64,000 bases of DNA, from positions 4,898,001 through 4,962,000 of the forward strand of contig CM022677.1 of assembly GCA_012295275.1 (NCBI GenBank), written 5' to 3'. The notes below the pieces were generated by a model. That model was given only the letters and a program-made list of their open reading frames with translations, searched no databases and was not told the origin of the DNA. The DNA is from Chrysomallon squamiferum (Eukaryota > Animalia > Mollusca). This document shows, in pieces, positions 42,198 through 54,430 of the stretch (its first letter is position 1; every line of letters starts with the position of its first letter). A program made the translations under genes and the position numbers.

Positions 42198-45100
42198 TCA
42201 GTGTGACCTAATTACAGCTTGGGTCACTGTCCTGTTTTGTGACAACATCTCTCTGCGCCGTCTTCCTCTTTTTAGCACCTTTTTCTGCTGAGCAAGAAAA
42301 GAAAAAATATCCGCTTAATAAATTAACATAAACATATTTAAGCAGATTTTTATTCAAATACAAAAATGATGACATTTTATATTAATTATATTTTTAAATC
42401 CGTTGTCTCAATATTTTGCACAGAAACTATCAGCCTTATTATCATTGTAACAACTGACTTCTGTTAATAACACAATTTTTACCACACTACAACTACCACT
42501 ACAGCAGCAATTATTATTCACATAGAATTATAGTTTTCATAACTATGACTACTACTTCTATTGCCAATAAAACTAAAAATAAGTAATTTACTAGATCTCA
42601 ATGTTTCTAGAGAAATGGTTTAAGTCAGAACAACATAAATATGACAACCACAACAACTACTACTACTACTTATGCAACAACAACTACAACTACTGCTAAT
42701 ACAACTACAATTACTGCTAATACAACTACTACTACAACTTACGAGGCATGTGTAATGTTTCACATGGTGTCTGAAAGTAAAAATATTCAAAATGACATTT
42801 TATCTTTATTCATCTTAATACACCAACCAATTTAAACATGTCTTTAAGAAAAGGTTATCAGAACATCTATTAACAGACATCTGTCAGTACAGACTGAAAC
42901 TCCATGTAACTAATTAAAGTCTTACATAAATAAATATTTGCATAACCCCTTTCACAAGGTATAATCCTTTTAAAAAATAATGAAAGAAGTATATCAACAA
43001 TGATAATAAAAAAAAGGATAATAAAGGATTATAATAATAATAATAAAACAAAAAACAGTAATAACAAAATAACATAGCAAAAGACATTAATAAAACAAAA
43101 TAATAATAAAAAGCAGTATTTTAACAAAAATAATAATAAAAGAAAAAACTAATAAAAACAAAATAACAATAAAAAAAACACAGTAATAATAGCAAAAATA
43201 ATAATGTAACAAAATCATGATAATAACAACCACAATAATATAAGAAAAAGCATAACAACAATAATGAAGACAAGACAGCACTTACTTTCAACAGACATTT
43301 TGTTTTCTCTTTGGTCTTCCTGTGATCTTCCTGTTCGTTTTCACTCGTTAATAGTTTTTCAAAAGCAGGAAGTCTGCCCCTCACCTGAAATACAATTGAG
43401 TAACACAACAGAACACACAACAATCTATTACAGCTTCAAACAACAACAAGAAGTAAAATGTCTGCCATTTGGCTTCTTAATACTTAATGATGATTCAGTT
43501 CATTTCATCAGTTATAACTGTGACTAAGATTACTGATTAGAAAAGACAGGTTTACTCAACATGAAAGCTAAATTTATAAAAGTTATCAGCAAATGACAAT
43601 AAGAACATTAATCATAATATAATAGAAATGTTTTATACAAAAGAATTGTTTGATCCATTTTTCCTCCACAAGTTGGCAATTTTTAAATGAACACACAATC
43701 CAGACTTTCTCTATAATGACTGCCAAATATTTTTAAATAAATATTTTAAAATTTAAAACAAATCATTACTGATATATTTATATATACAGGAAGGACAGAT
43801 ATTCCTGAAAATTCATGTTTAAGAAAGAATATTATAATTTTAAAAAGTTTCTTAATGTACATTGTTTCTAAATCTACAGTCAATTTTTTTTTTTTTTTTT
43901 TAAGCTTACAGTTATCTAACTGCTAGTAATATGGTGTGAATCAAATATTTGTATAAATTTACTTTTTCAAGAAGCAAAATACAGTTAAAGTTTTCATCTC
44001 AATGAACTGGAATCTGACTAACTCACGTTTGCAGATACGAAAGTTCTGGTTGGAAAGAGATAATTGTGGTCCATCTCTGCTGTTACTGGGTAGGTATAGG
44101 CAGTGTCTAAAGGATGCATCCCTGTTATATTGAATTGAAATGTGAATAAAAATTAATAAATAAGTTAGTAAATAAATAAAAACACATAAATAAATAAATA
44201 CATAAACAAACAAACAAACAAACAAACAAATAAATAAACAAAAATAATCCATCTGTAATGTCCACTAAAGTATAATAATAATAAAGATAGAAATTACAGT
44301 TAAATTTAAAAACTAATCTGTCTTTGCTATTAGATATTATTATGTAGAAGAGATCCAAGAGAAACATGTTTTGTATAAACATACACAGAACCCTCTAGAC
44401 AGACTGTTTTTATTTATCTGGGATAAACTCATCTTGAACACTACAAAATAAAATATTAAAAAGCTAAAAACAGTTGAAAAAGAAGAAAACACACATATTG
44501 TCATCATTTGACCTAAACGCATTTTCTCAATCGATGGCAATAATGATGTGAGAAGTGCTGAGTTCCTGCAAAATCGAAGCTGCCTGGCTGGCATCCCCTG
44601 CAACTACAACAACACTGAGTTCAACTCGCATGAGACAGTTATGACAAAAAGCAAACAAAGTTCATTATTGTAACAGAATTATGTTAATTATGCCTAAAAA
44701 CAAAGTTCATTATTCTAACAGAATTATGCTAATTATGACGAAAAACAAACAAAGTTCATTATTCTAACAGAATTATGCTAATTATGACAAAAAACAAACA
44801 AAGTTCATAATTCTAACAGAATTATGTTAATTATGACAAAAAACAAAGTTCATTATTCTAACAGAATTATGTTAATTATGACAAAAAACAAAGTTCATTA
44901 TTCTAACAGAATTATGTTAATTATGACAAAAAATTTACAAAGTTCATTATTCTAACAGAATTATGTTCATTATGATTTCATTATTCTAACAGAATTATGT
45001 TAATTATGACAAAATTATTCTAACAGAATTATGTTAATTATGACAAAAACAAACAAAGTTCATTATTCTAACAGAATTATGTTAATTATGACAAAAACAA

Positions 45101-46829
45101 AGTTCATTATTCTAACAGAATTATGTTAATTATGACAAAAACAAAGTTCATTATTCTAACTGAGAATTATGTTAATTATGACAAAAACAAAGTTCATTAT
45201 TCTAACAGAATTATGTTAATTATGACAAAAATTTACAAAGTTCATTATTCTAACAGAATTATGTTAATTATGATAAAGAACAAAGTTCATTATTCTAACA
45301 GAATTATGTTAATTATGACAAAAAACAAAGTTCATTATTCTAACAGAATTATGTTAATTATGACAAAAAACAAAGTTCATTATTCTAACAGAATTATGTT
45401 AATTATGACAAAAAACAAAGTTCATTATTCTAACAGAATTATGTTAATTATGACAAAAATTTAAAAGTTCATTATTCTAACAGAATTATGTTAATTATGA
45501 TAAAGAACAAAGTTCATTATTCTAACAGAATTATGTTAATTATGCCTAAAAACAAAGTTCATTAAACAGAATTATGTTAATTATGACAAAAACAAAGTTC
45601 ATTATTCTAACAGAATTATGTTAATTATGACAAAAAACAAAGTTCATTATTCTAACAGAATTATGTTAATTATGACAAAAAATTTACAAAGTTCATTATT
45701 CTAACAGAATTATGTTAATTATGATAAAGAACAAAGTTCATTATTCTAACAGAATTATGTTAATTATGCCTAAAAACAAAGTTCATTATTCTAACAGAAT
45801 TATGTTAATTATGACAAAAAACAAAGTTCATTATTCTAACAGAATTATGTTAATTATGACAAAAAACAAAGTTCATTATTCTAACAGAATTATGTTAATT
45901 ATGACAAAAAATTTACAAAGTTCATTATTCTAACAGAATTATGTTAATTATGATAAAGAACAAACAAAGTTCATTATTCTAACAGAATTATGTTAATTAT
46001 GCCTAAAAACAAAGTTCATTATTCTAACAGAATTATGCTAATTATGACAAAAAACAAACAAAGTTCATTATTCTAACAGAATTATGTTAATTATGACAAA
46101 AAACAAACAAAGTTCATTATTCTAACAGAATTATACTAATTATGACAAAAAACAAACAAAGTTCATAATTCTAACAGAATTATGTTAATTATGACAAAAA
46201 ACAAACAAAGTTCATAATTCTGATGTTTTCTGTAGTTTTAACATAGTGTAATAAAACAATATAAGACAGTCTCACCTTGTTACTGTCTTTGACTGTATAT
46301 TTTAATTCTGATGTTTTCTGTAGTTTTAACATAGTGTAATAAAACAATATAAGACAGTCTCACCTTATTACTGTCTTTGACTGTATATTTTAATTCTGAT
46401 GTTTTCTGTAGTTTTAACAGTGTAATAAAACAATATAAGACAGTCTCACCTTATTACTGTCTTTGACTGTATATTTTAATTCTGATGTTTTCTGTAGTTT
46501 TAACATAGTGTAATAAAACAATATAAGACAGTCTCACCTTATTACTGTCTTTGACTGTTTATTTTAATTCTGATGTTTTCTGTAGTTTTAACATAGTGTA
46601 ATAAAACAATATAAGACAGTCTCACCTTATTACACACTGTAAGCTCAGGCTGGTCAGAAGCAACTCTCTGATTGGTAACACCTGGGTCAGAGGTCATTTG
46701 TCTTGTTGACCCAGACTAGAATAACAACGAGAATGAGGTCACAATGATGATTATGGTGATGATGATGATGATGTTAATGATGGTGAAAACAACAACAATA
46801 GTAATAACAACAAATAATAATAATGAAAC

Positions 46830-46863
<34 letters not shown>

Positions 46864-46974
46864 GAAAACAATATAAAATAAAATATAATCAGCTTTTAAT
46901 GAAATTTAAAATATTTAAGCATTTTGATAACATTTCTTCTTCACTTTCTTTCACTGCTTATGTCAGTTCCCAAA

Positions 46975-47021
<47 letters not shown>

Positions 47022-47083
47022 GTATGTGTGTGTGTGGGTTTTAAAATATAATTTACAGAAAACAAACTTACAGAATCTGTCAT
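42198..47083 (-). CDS. Six-coding-exon gene, uncharacterised 158-aa protein: complement(join(42198..42287,43286..43384,44027..44121,44513..44603,46626..46715,47072..47083))
   Basis: All introns are GT-AG, phases are consistent (0,0,1,0,0) and there are no internal stops: MTDS|SGSTRQMTSDPGVTNQRVASDQPELTVCNK|LQGMPARQLRFCRNSALLTSLLPSIEKMRL G|MHPLDTAYTYPVTAEMDHNYLFPTRTFVSAN|VRGRLPAFEKLLTSENEQEDHRKTKEKTKCLLK|QKKVLKRGRRRREMLSQNRTVTQAVIRSH*. AATAAA lies on the minus strand at ~42050 and ~42015. The donor at 44512 (gtcaaa) is weak. Confidence 0.75.
44640..46220. repeat. 45-bp intronic minisatellite, about 35 copies
   Basis: aaagttcattattctaacagaattatgttaattatgacaaaaaac. Confidence 0.97.
46215..46633. 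repeat. 88-bp tandem repeat (~4.7 copies) containing a splice donor
   Basis: ctcacctt recurs at 46271, 46359, 46445, 46533 and 46621 (minus strand AAG|gtgagac). Confidence 0.95.
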
Positions 47084-47338
47084 TTTACTGCTGTTAGAAA
47101 CTGAAAATTAAACACATATTATTATATAACAAACCATGAAGAGAAAATAGTAAAACCATTCACACTGACCTCCACCCCAGCCCAGACATCAGTAAATTGA
47201 TATTAATATCAAATATTAATTAAAAATGCATTACACAATGTGTTTGTTGTATTTAACTCTGAATTGTAAATTGTTTAACTGTTCTATGATTGGTGATGTT
47301 AATTTATTTTACCACTGAGATAATTTTCTTTTATAATA

Positions 47339-47387
<49 letters not shown>

Positions 47388-48026
47388 TTTTTACAGAAAT
47401 TATTTTACTCTAACCGAACCGGAAAAGCAGTAACTTTATCATTGCGGGTGAAATAAATAAATAAATAAATAAAAAGAAGAAAATTAAAATAAATAATTAA
47501 CAGTAGTTATATGAAGGAAACTTCCTATGGTCATGTTGTAGAAACAAATATAATAATTAAGTAATTAAATATCATTAATATATTTGCAAGATTTAATCAT
47601 ATTATTTTTTCTTTTCACTGCATGTTTTTGCATTTTTGCTTATGAAATGACTGTGTATCCGTTTACGTACATCCTGGGCGAAAAACTTCAAAAAGTAAAA
47701 AATTCTGAATCAAACATTTGACTGCAGAAAGAAATACATTTTAACAATAGGTCTAGCCCGGTAATAATAATAATATAGTTGTAAATATTGGTTTACAAAA
47801 TGGTTTATACTCACTGTCAACACACTGTTAAGATTCCGTCAGTCCTAATTAAAATCTAGTTAAGTTCGTCACATGCTCTGAACACTTAAAATGGAGCGCT
47901 ATTGCGCACGTTCTATTAAAACGCAGGTTAAGGGAGGCTATTTAAAAATATTTTTTATAAATGTTATTTTTATCATGAAAATACTTTTAATTGTTATAGA
48001 AAGAAATTACATTTTGTAAACTTACG

Positions 48027-48310
48027 TTTTAATATTCGTTCATCTTGTTTACAAGTCTCCGACAATGTGTTTAGTCTTTTTAAATGTTACGCTTGTAATA
48101 ACTTGTTCCGCGAACCAACCGATAACTGTCTGACGTAAAGATTCTGAACTTTCCCATGTTTCACTTTGGAGACAATGTCTGTGTCTTGCACCGACAGTTT
48201 CGATCAAACCAGGGCGGTTAAATATATGTGTCTGAATCCACCCAAACATCCATCAGTCCATCAGTGAAGTAATCCAGGAAAGCGTACGTCTGTGCACGCG
48301 TCATCCATCC
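48027..48310 (-). other. Probable first exon / CpG-rich promoter region of the 42198-47083 gene
   Basis: CpG-rich stretch ending in a consensus donor AC|gtaagt at ~48026; a second small exon-like segment (~47815-47845) with ag...gtgagt. Confidence 0.5.
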
Positions 48311-49491
48311 TACCAAGTTACTTACCTGCTACCTACATAGGTATCTGTCTGTCTATTTATTGCAAAATTTCAATAAGTTCATATCAGTATTTGCAGAATA
48401 AACTCAACATAATAAAGAAAACAGTACTACTACTACTACTAATAATAATAATAAATAAATAAATAAATAAATAATATATATATATATATATATATATAAG
48501 GTTAGGGTTTCAGTTTCAGTTGAATATATACTTGAATAAATAAAGCATTAATTAACATTTAAAACTGGTCATTTTATTTAATCTTGTTTTCTTCTAACAT
48601 AACATTGTTTTGTTAGTTTCTTCTTATTCGATTTTCAAAAATTGAAAATCCGTGTGGCACTATTCCGTGTGGTCGGGAAAAATATTTCGACTTGTGCAAA
48701 ATTGAGCAAATTTTCAAAAACATGCGCGTTTTTTGTGCACGTGTCGGAAACGAGTTGTTCCCCTTGGGTGGGGCGTGCGGCACGCACTCGGCTCGACTAC
48801 GGGAGGAAGGGAAATACCTTCGGGGTTGATCAGTCAGGAGTTGTTGTTATTGTTATTGCTAAATGATAAAGTTATTATTTTTCCGGTTCGGTTATTATTA
48901 AAATAATTTCTGTTAAAATTAATAATTTTATTTTTTATTTAATAATTCAAAATATTTATTTAAAGATTTAATTTCTCATTTATTTAATAAATTAACATTA
49001 TTAATCATTAACATTAAATTATTTTATTATTTTTTTTTAAATTTTATTTATTTTATTTTGTTTTTAATTATTATTTTATTTTTACTATTTCTTTTTCTCA
49101 TGTTTTCCTTTTAAATTTTTATTTATTTGATTTGATTTTATTTATTTATTTATTTTGTTTGTTTGTTTGTTCGTTTTTTTTTTTTATTTATTTTTTTTTT
49201 TTTTTTTTTTTTAATTTGTTTTTTTTTTTTTTTATTATTATGTTATGCGTGCGTGCGTTATTGCGTCGGTTTTGTTTAATTGTCTTTAATTTAAAACTTT
49301 GGCACATCACGACGGCGCGATTATTAATTTCATTTCAATTTTTCCTTTTTCCTTTTTATTTATTTATTTATTTTTAGTCATTTAGAAAATTTATTTGTTT
49401 GTTTGTTAAATTGTTACAAACAAACAAACAAACACAAAACTATTAATTCTTTTTTTTTTTTTTTTGAGAATAATAATAATAATTTTGGTTT

Positions 49492-49526
<35 letters not shown>

Positions 49527-49539
49527 TTAATAATAATAA

Positions 49540-50880
49540 TCCAATAAAAACAACAAACGGAACAGTGACGACACGGATTTTCAACTTTTGAAAATCGAAT
49601 TTTTTCAAGTTTCGTTTTAAATTTATTTATTTTTTCAAAGTGCAATTACTTTTTCCGAGCAATAAAAAAATCGGGCGCACATATAAATAAATAAATAAAT
49701 AAATAAACCACACAAACAAAAAAACAAACCCCACCTAATAATAACAACTAAGGATGAGAATAACAAAAACGCAATGTTTTTGAAAATTTGCTCGATTTTT
49801 TTCAAACCCATTTTCAAAAGGTAATTTGGTAAAATGTTGGAAACGTTTTCGCCACAATGACGGCGCGCACGTTTTGCACATCGAAATATTTTTCCCGACC
49901 AAACGGAACAGTGCCACACGGATTTTCAACTTTTGAAAATCGAATTTTTTCAAGTTTCGTTGAAAATGCTAGGGGTACCTTTTTCAAAGTGCAATAACTT
50001 TTTCCGAGCACGTGGGAAAAATCGGGCGCACATACCCAAAAGTGGGGCAAGGGTTGCCCGACACGGGTCAAAAGTGCCGCACGCCCCACCCAAGGGGAAC
50101 AACTCGTTTCCGACACGTGCACAAAAAACGCACATGTTTTTGAAAATTTGCTCGATTTTTTTTCAAACGCATTTTCAAAAGGTGCAGCACCTTTGGTAAA
50201 TGTTGGAAACGTTTTTGCCACACTCGCCCCGACGGCGCGCACGTTTTGCACACGTCGAAATATTTTTCCCGACCAAACGGAACAGTGCCACACGGATTTT
50301 CAACTTTTGAAAATCGAATTTTTCAAGTTTCGTTGAAAATGCTAGGGGTACCTTTTTCAAAGTGCAATAACTTTTTCCGAGCACGTGGGAAAAATCGGGC
50401 GCACATACCCAAAAGTGGGGCAAGGGTTGCCCGACACGGGTCAAAAGTGCCGCACGCCCCACCCAAGGGGAACAACTCGTTTCCGACACGTGCACAAAAA
50501 ACGCACATGTTTTTGAAAATTTGCTCGATTTTTTTTTCAACGCATTTTCAAAGGTGCAGCACCTTTGGTAAATGTTGGAAACGTTTTTGCCACACTCGCC
50601 CCGACGGCGCGCACGTTTTGCACACGTCGAAATATTTTTCCCGACCAAACGGAACAGTGCCACACGGATTTTCAACTTTTGAAAATCGAATTTTTCAAGT
50701 TTCGTTGAAAATGCTAGGGGTACCTTTTTCAAAGAGTAATAACTTTTTCCGAGCACGTGTTTTTGAAAATTTGCTCGATTTTTTTTCAAACGCATTTTCA
50801 AAAGGTGCAGCACCTTTGGTAAATGTTGGAAACGTTTTTGCCACACTCGCCCCGACGGCGCGCACGTTTTGGACACGCGT
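49540..50880. repeat. CpG-rich ~373-bp satellite (about 3.5 copies; first copy garbled, last internally deleted)
   Basis: ccgaccaaacggaacagtgccacacgg at ~49895, 50269 and 50641; a partial inverted copy at ~48630-48790. Confidence 0.95.
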
Positions 50881-51254
50881 GTATTCTTATGTAAATACTT
50901 TTTTTATTTAAAATGGATGATTTCAGGTTTTAGAAGATCTTTGTATAATAGTCAGATACTAACAAAGATAGTTAATATTAAAGGAATATTTAAGTGAGTG
51001 CATCTCAGTTAAATTTTAGAAATCTTACATCAGACAGTTTATATTGCAAGGTTTATTATTATTTTTACTAATTTCACTTCAGCTTCTCACAGTGACAATG
51101 GGAGGTCAGATGTCACAAAACACCAAGTAACCATTAGCAACGCAACAAAACAGCTTTCACAAAACTGAGTCAAGATTCATGAGTACTCCATAACTAAAAA
51201 GATCAAACTCTTCAAAGTAAGTATTCACTTAATTCACTTTGTTAAGTTTGTAGC

Positions 51255-51580
51255 GATGGATAGACTGGCTCAGTGGTCAGAGTGCATGGCCAAGGTTTGT
51301 TGGGTTCTAGGGTCAGTCCTGTATGGTGGACTAATAACGTTATTTAACAATCTAGCTTGACATCCATGTCTGATATTGCTAAGATCAAGGTATGTGTATA
51401 GTTTTCTGAGGAAAGATGTATATTAAAAACAGATTTTTAGTTTGTTGTTTAAAAAGTGTGTCAGTTCATATTGCAGAATCAGGTTTTCTTTTTTTCAGCT
51501 GTTTTGTTGTTTACTTTTTAAAATGGAAAGGACTAGTAAAAACAAGCTGTGTATGTTCTTAAATAAAATATTTCTTCTTT
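51255..51580 (+). mobile_element. Decayed tRNA-derived SINE
   Basis: A-box tggctcagtgg at ~51266; degenerate B-box region ~51303-51325; central ggtatgtg...aagatgtatattaaaa and tail gttcttaaataaaatatttcttc resemble gastropod SINE consensus (recalled, not searched). Confidence 0.55.
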
Positions 51581-52149
51581 ATTTCATATTTGTTATATTT
51601 TAGCAACATTTATATTTATCAATAATCAGGTTATAATACTATATTTTTCAAAGATACTGATTTGTGTTTTTTTTATTCAGAATTTACATTTATGTTTTGG
51701 TAAATCACTTTAGACTATTTTTTAAAATATTTATTTTTAATTATTTATTAATTCAGTGTGTATGTTTATTAGTTTCTGTGTATGCATGTATGCAGAATTG
51801 AAATCTAAGAGCTGAAATATATTTTTGTCTACAAACATTCATTTGTATCAGTAAATGGTATTGATATGCACATATAACAGTAAATAATGTTTAAATAAAA
51901 ACAGTAAAGAAATAAATTGTTTGTTTTTACTTTTTCAGACACACAGCACAAAACAGACAAGTGTTGTTATCTAAACTTCAGAATGGGACACACACAGACA
52001 GCAGAACAGACAGAAAAATTTCTAAAAAAAAAAACTGGTATGAAAAACACACATTAATTCAGTTAACTATCAATTTACATTCTTCTCAGTTTTTGTGTTG
52101 TGTGTATTCTCAATACAGAGTAAGAAAAGCAGATTAGTACAAGGAAAGT

Positions 52150-52778
52150 CTACAATAATAAGTAAAGTAATTGTAGTGTACAAATATACTGATAACTTTG
52201 AATACAATAATAAGTAAAGTAATTGTAGTGTACAAATATACTGATAACTTAGAATACAATAATAAGTAAAGTAATTGTAGTGTACAAATATACTGATAAC
52301 TTAGAATACAATAATAAGTAAAGTAATTGTAGTGTACAAATATACTGATAACTTTTCCCGACAATAATAAGTAAAGTAATTGTAGTATACAAATATACTG
52401 ATAACTTTGAATACAATAATAAGTAAAGTAATTGTAGTATACAAATATACTGATAACTTAGAATACAATAATAAGTAAAGTAATTGTAGTGTACAAATAT
52501 ACTGATAACTTAGAATACAATAATAAGTAAAGTAATTGTAGTGTACAAATATACTGATAACTTTGAATACAATAATAAGTAAAGTAATTGTAGTGTACAA
52601 ATATACTGATAACTTTGAATACAATAATAAGTAAAGTAATTGTAGTATACAAATATACTGATAACTTTGAATACAATAATAAGTAAAGTAATTGTAGTAT
52701 ACAAATATACTGATAACTTTGAATACAATAATAAGTAAAGTTATTGTAGTATACAAATATACTGATAACTTAGAATAC
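52150..52778. repeat. 52-bp tandem repeat x12
   Basis: aatacaataataagtaaagtaattgtagtgtacaaatatactgataacttag. Confidence 0.97.
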
Positions 52779-54206
52779 TTCATTATTTCCATTCTTCCAT
52801 TAGCATTGTTTCAGTCTTGTGTCTGTGTCTACAATCATTAAATTTTCTTTATTTTATGATTTTTTCTTCTTATTATTATTTGTTTATTTATTTGTTATTC
52901 CTTTACTTCTACATTTGTTTTCTGTCATAACATTATTAATCCATACAAAAAGCTGTTAAACGATACAACAGACTGAGGATTTTTTTTTTTTTTTGTTTGT
53001 TTACACTAATTTACTCAGTCTTTTAGGTTTACTTTTACAGTAGGTCCATTATAGCATCACATATATTCATTAAGTTCAACTTTTATAAGTAAAATTAGAC
53101 AATTTTATCATCCATTAGTTTAAAGCATGTTTATCATTTCTTCATTCAGTCATCCACATCTGTTTTCATCATCTATATTAAACTTTATTTTTTAACTTAA
53201 ACAAATTCTTGTTTTTTGTTTCTTTTGTTTTAGCATTTTATCTTTATTATTATTATTATTTTTATTATTATTAGTAGTAGTATCATCATCATCATTATCA
53301 TCAATCATCATCATTATCATTATTATTATTAATGTTTACACTTATTTTCTATCATAATATCATTAATCCACACAAAATTCTCTAATAAGACTGAGTATGC
53401 CAGCATTTTACACTAATTTACTCAGTCTGTGACGATTTCTTTTACATTTCTCATATTTTCTGATCATACAGATAAATTAAAATAAAAAATGAAACAAAAT
53501 GTCTTCATTTTAATCCTCTTCATCATCATCCTTATTATTATCACATTATTACAGGACTGTAATATCGTAAATTATCTTTCTGGTTAAATTTTATTTTTAA
53601 TCTTTATTTGTAGGTTGTGTTTTGTTAAATTAGCTTGCTCACCTGGTTATTAATTTTCATGTTTTAAAATCTCTGCTAATTATTATTGTCTAAAACAAAT
53701 GAAGCCATTGCTTAATTAAATGTAGCAGAAACATTGAAATCTGTTTTTCTTAGATCTTTAAGCTTTAGCAGGAATTATTCTTTCATTATATTTGATTTTC
53801 TTATTACTGTTTGTTTTTAAAAGATACATAGTTTTTATAAGTGATTTGTTTTTTGTTTATTTTTATTTTATTCAAATTGCAATCAATTTTTAAGTTTTTG
53901 TAAGAGAATTGTCTTTCTGATCTGATCTAATTGAGAGATAATTGTTATTTATTGTTAGAAAGTTGTAGAAATATCTGAGAGGGGAAGTTGCAGAGTTAAA
54001 TCTATCAAGTATGTGTGAGTGTCTATGACTGTATTAGTTTTATGTTGTTGTTATTACTGAAAAACAATCAGCATTAGTTACTTCAGAATTTTATATGTAA
54101 TGTAATTATATTTGTTTTACTTTTTATACATTATTGCCATTTAATACAATATTATTTATCTGTTTATTGATTTATGGTGTATTTAAAGATATTTTTATTG
54201 ATCAAT

Positions 54207-54245
<39 letters not shown>

Positions 54246-54267
54246 TTTTGTTTGTTTGTTTATCTAG

Positions 54268-54430
54268 GAGCTGGCTGAGTCTGATGTTAAACACTTTGTA
54301 ATTCTGTTCTGTGCTGGAGGATGTCAGTACAAGGCTTTGTGTTCTTTCACACCAGAAACTGATGAATTATCTAAATTTGTTGTGTAGGACCTGAAGAAAT
54401 ACCCAGTAAAATGATTCATAGGTTTTATAA
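54268..54430 (+). pseudogene. Isolated, frameshifted exon of the CAMSAP/Patronin CKK domain
   Basis: Acceptor gtttatctag and donor gtaagt. Translation ELAESDVKHFVILFCAGGCQYKALCSFTPETDELSKFV / VGPEEIPSKMIHRFYK matches CKK (cf. SESKHFLVLFRDAGCQFRALYSY-PE-E---KL-G-GP--I---M---FYK). A 1-nt deletion near 54382 creates TAG at 54385. Confidence 0.85.

Noticed and set aside
45123-45933. Repetitive ORFs (MLIMTKNKVHYSNRI)n; likewise 28299-28909 and 52134-52792
   Set aside because: Products of tandem arrays; the frame is repeatedly broken by length variants or shifts between units.
49814-50911. ORFs of 159-233 aa on both strands
   Set aside because: They lie wholly within the 373-bp tandem repeat, shift frame between copies and have no recognisable domain.
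51167-51172. In-frame TGA as selenocysteine
   Set aside because: No redox motif context, no identifiable SECIS, and the exon's coding status is unproven.
51255-51330. tRNA gene
   Set aside because: Only the A-box is clear, no cloverleaf can be formed, and it continues into SINE-like body sequence.
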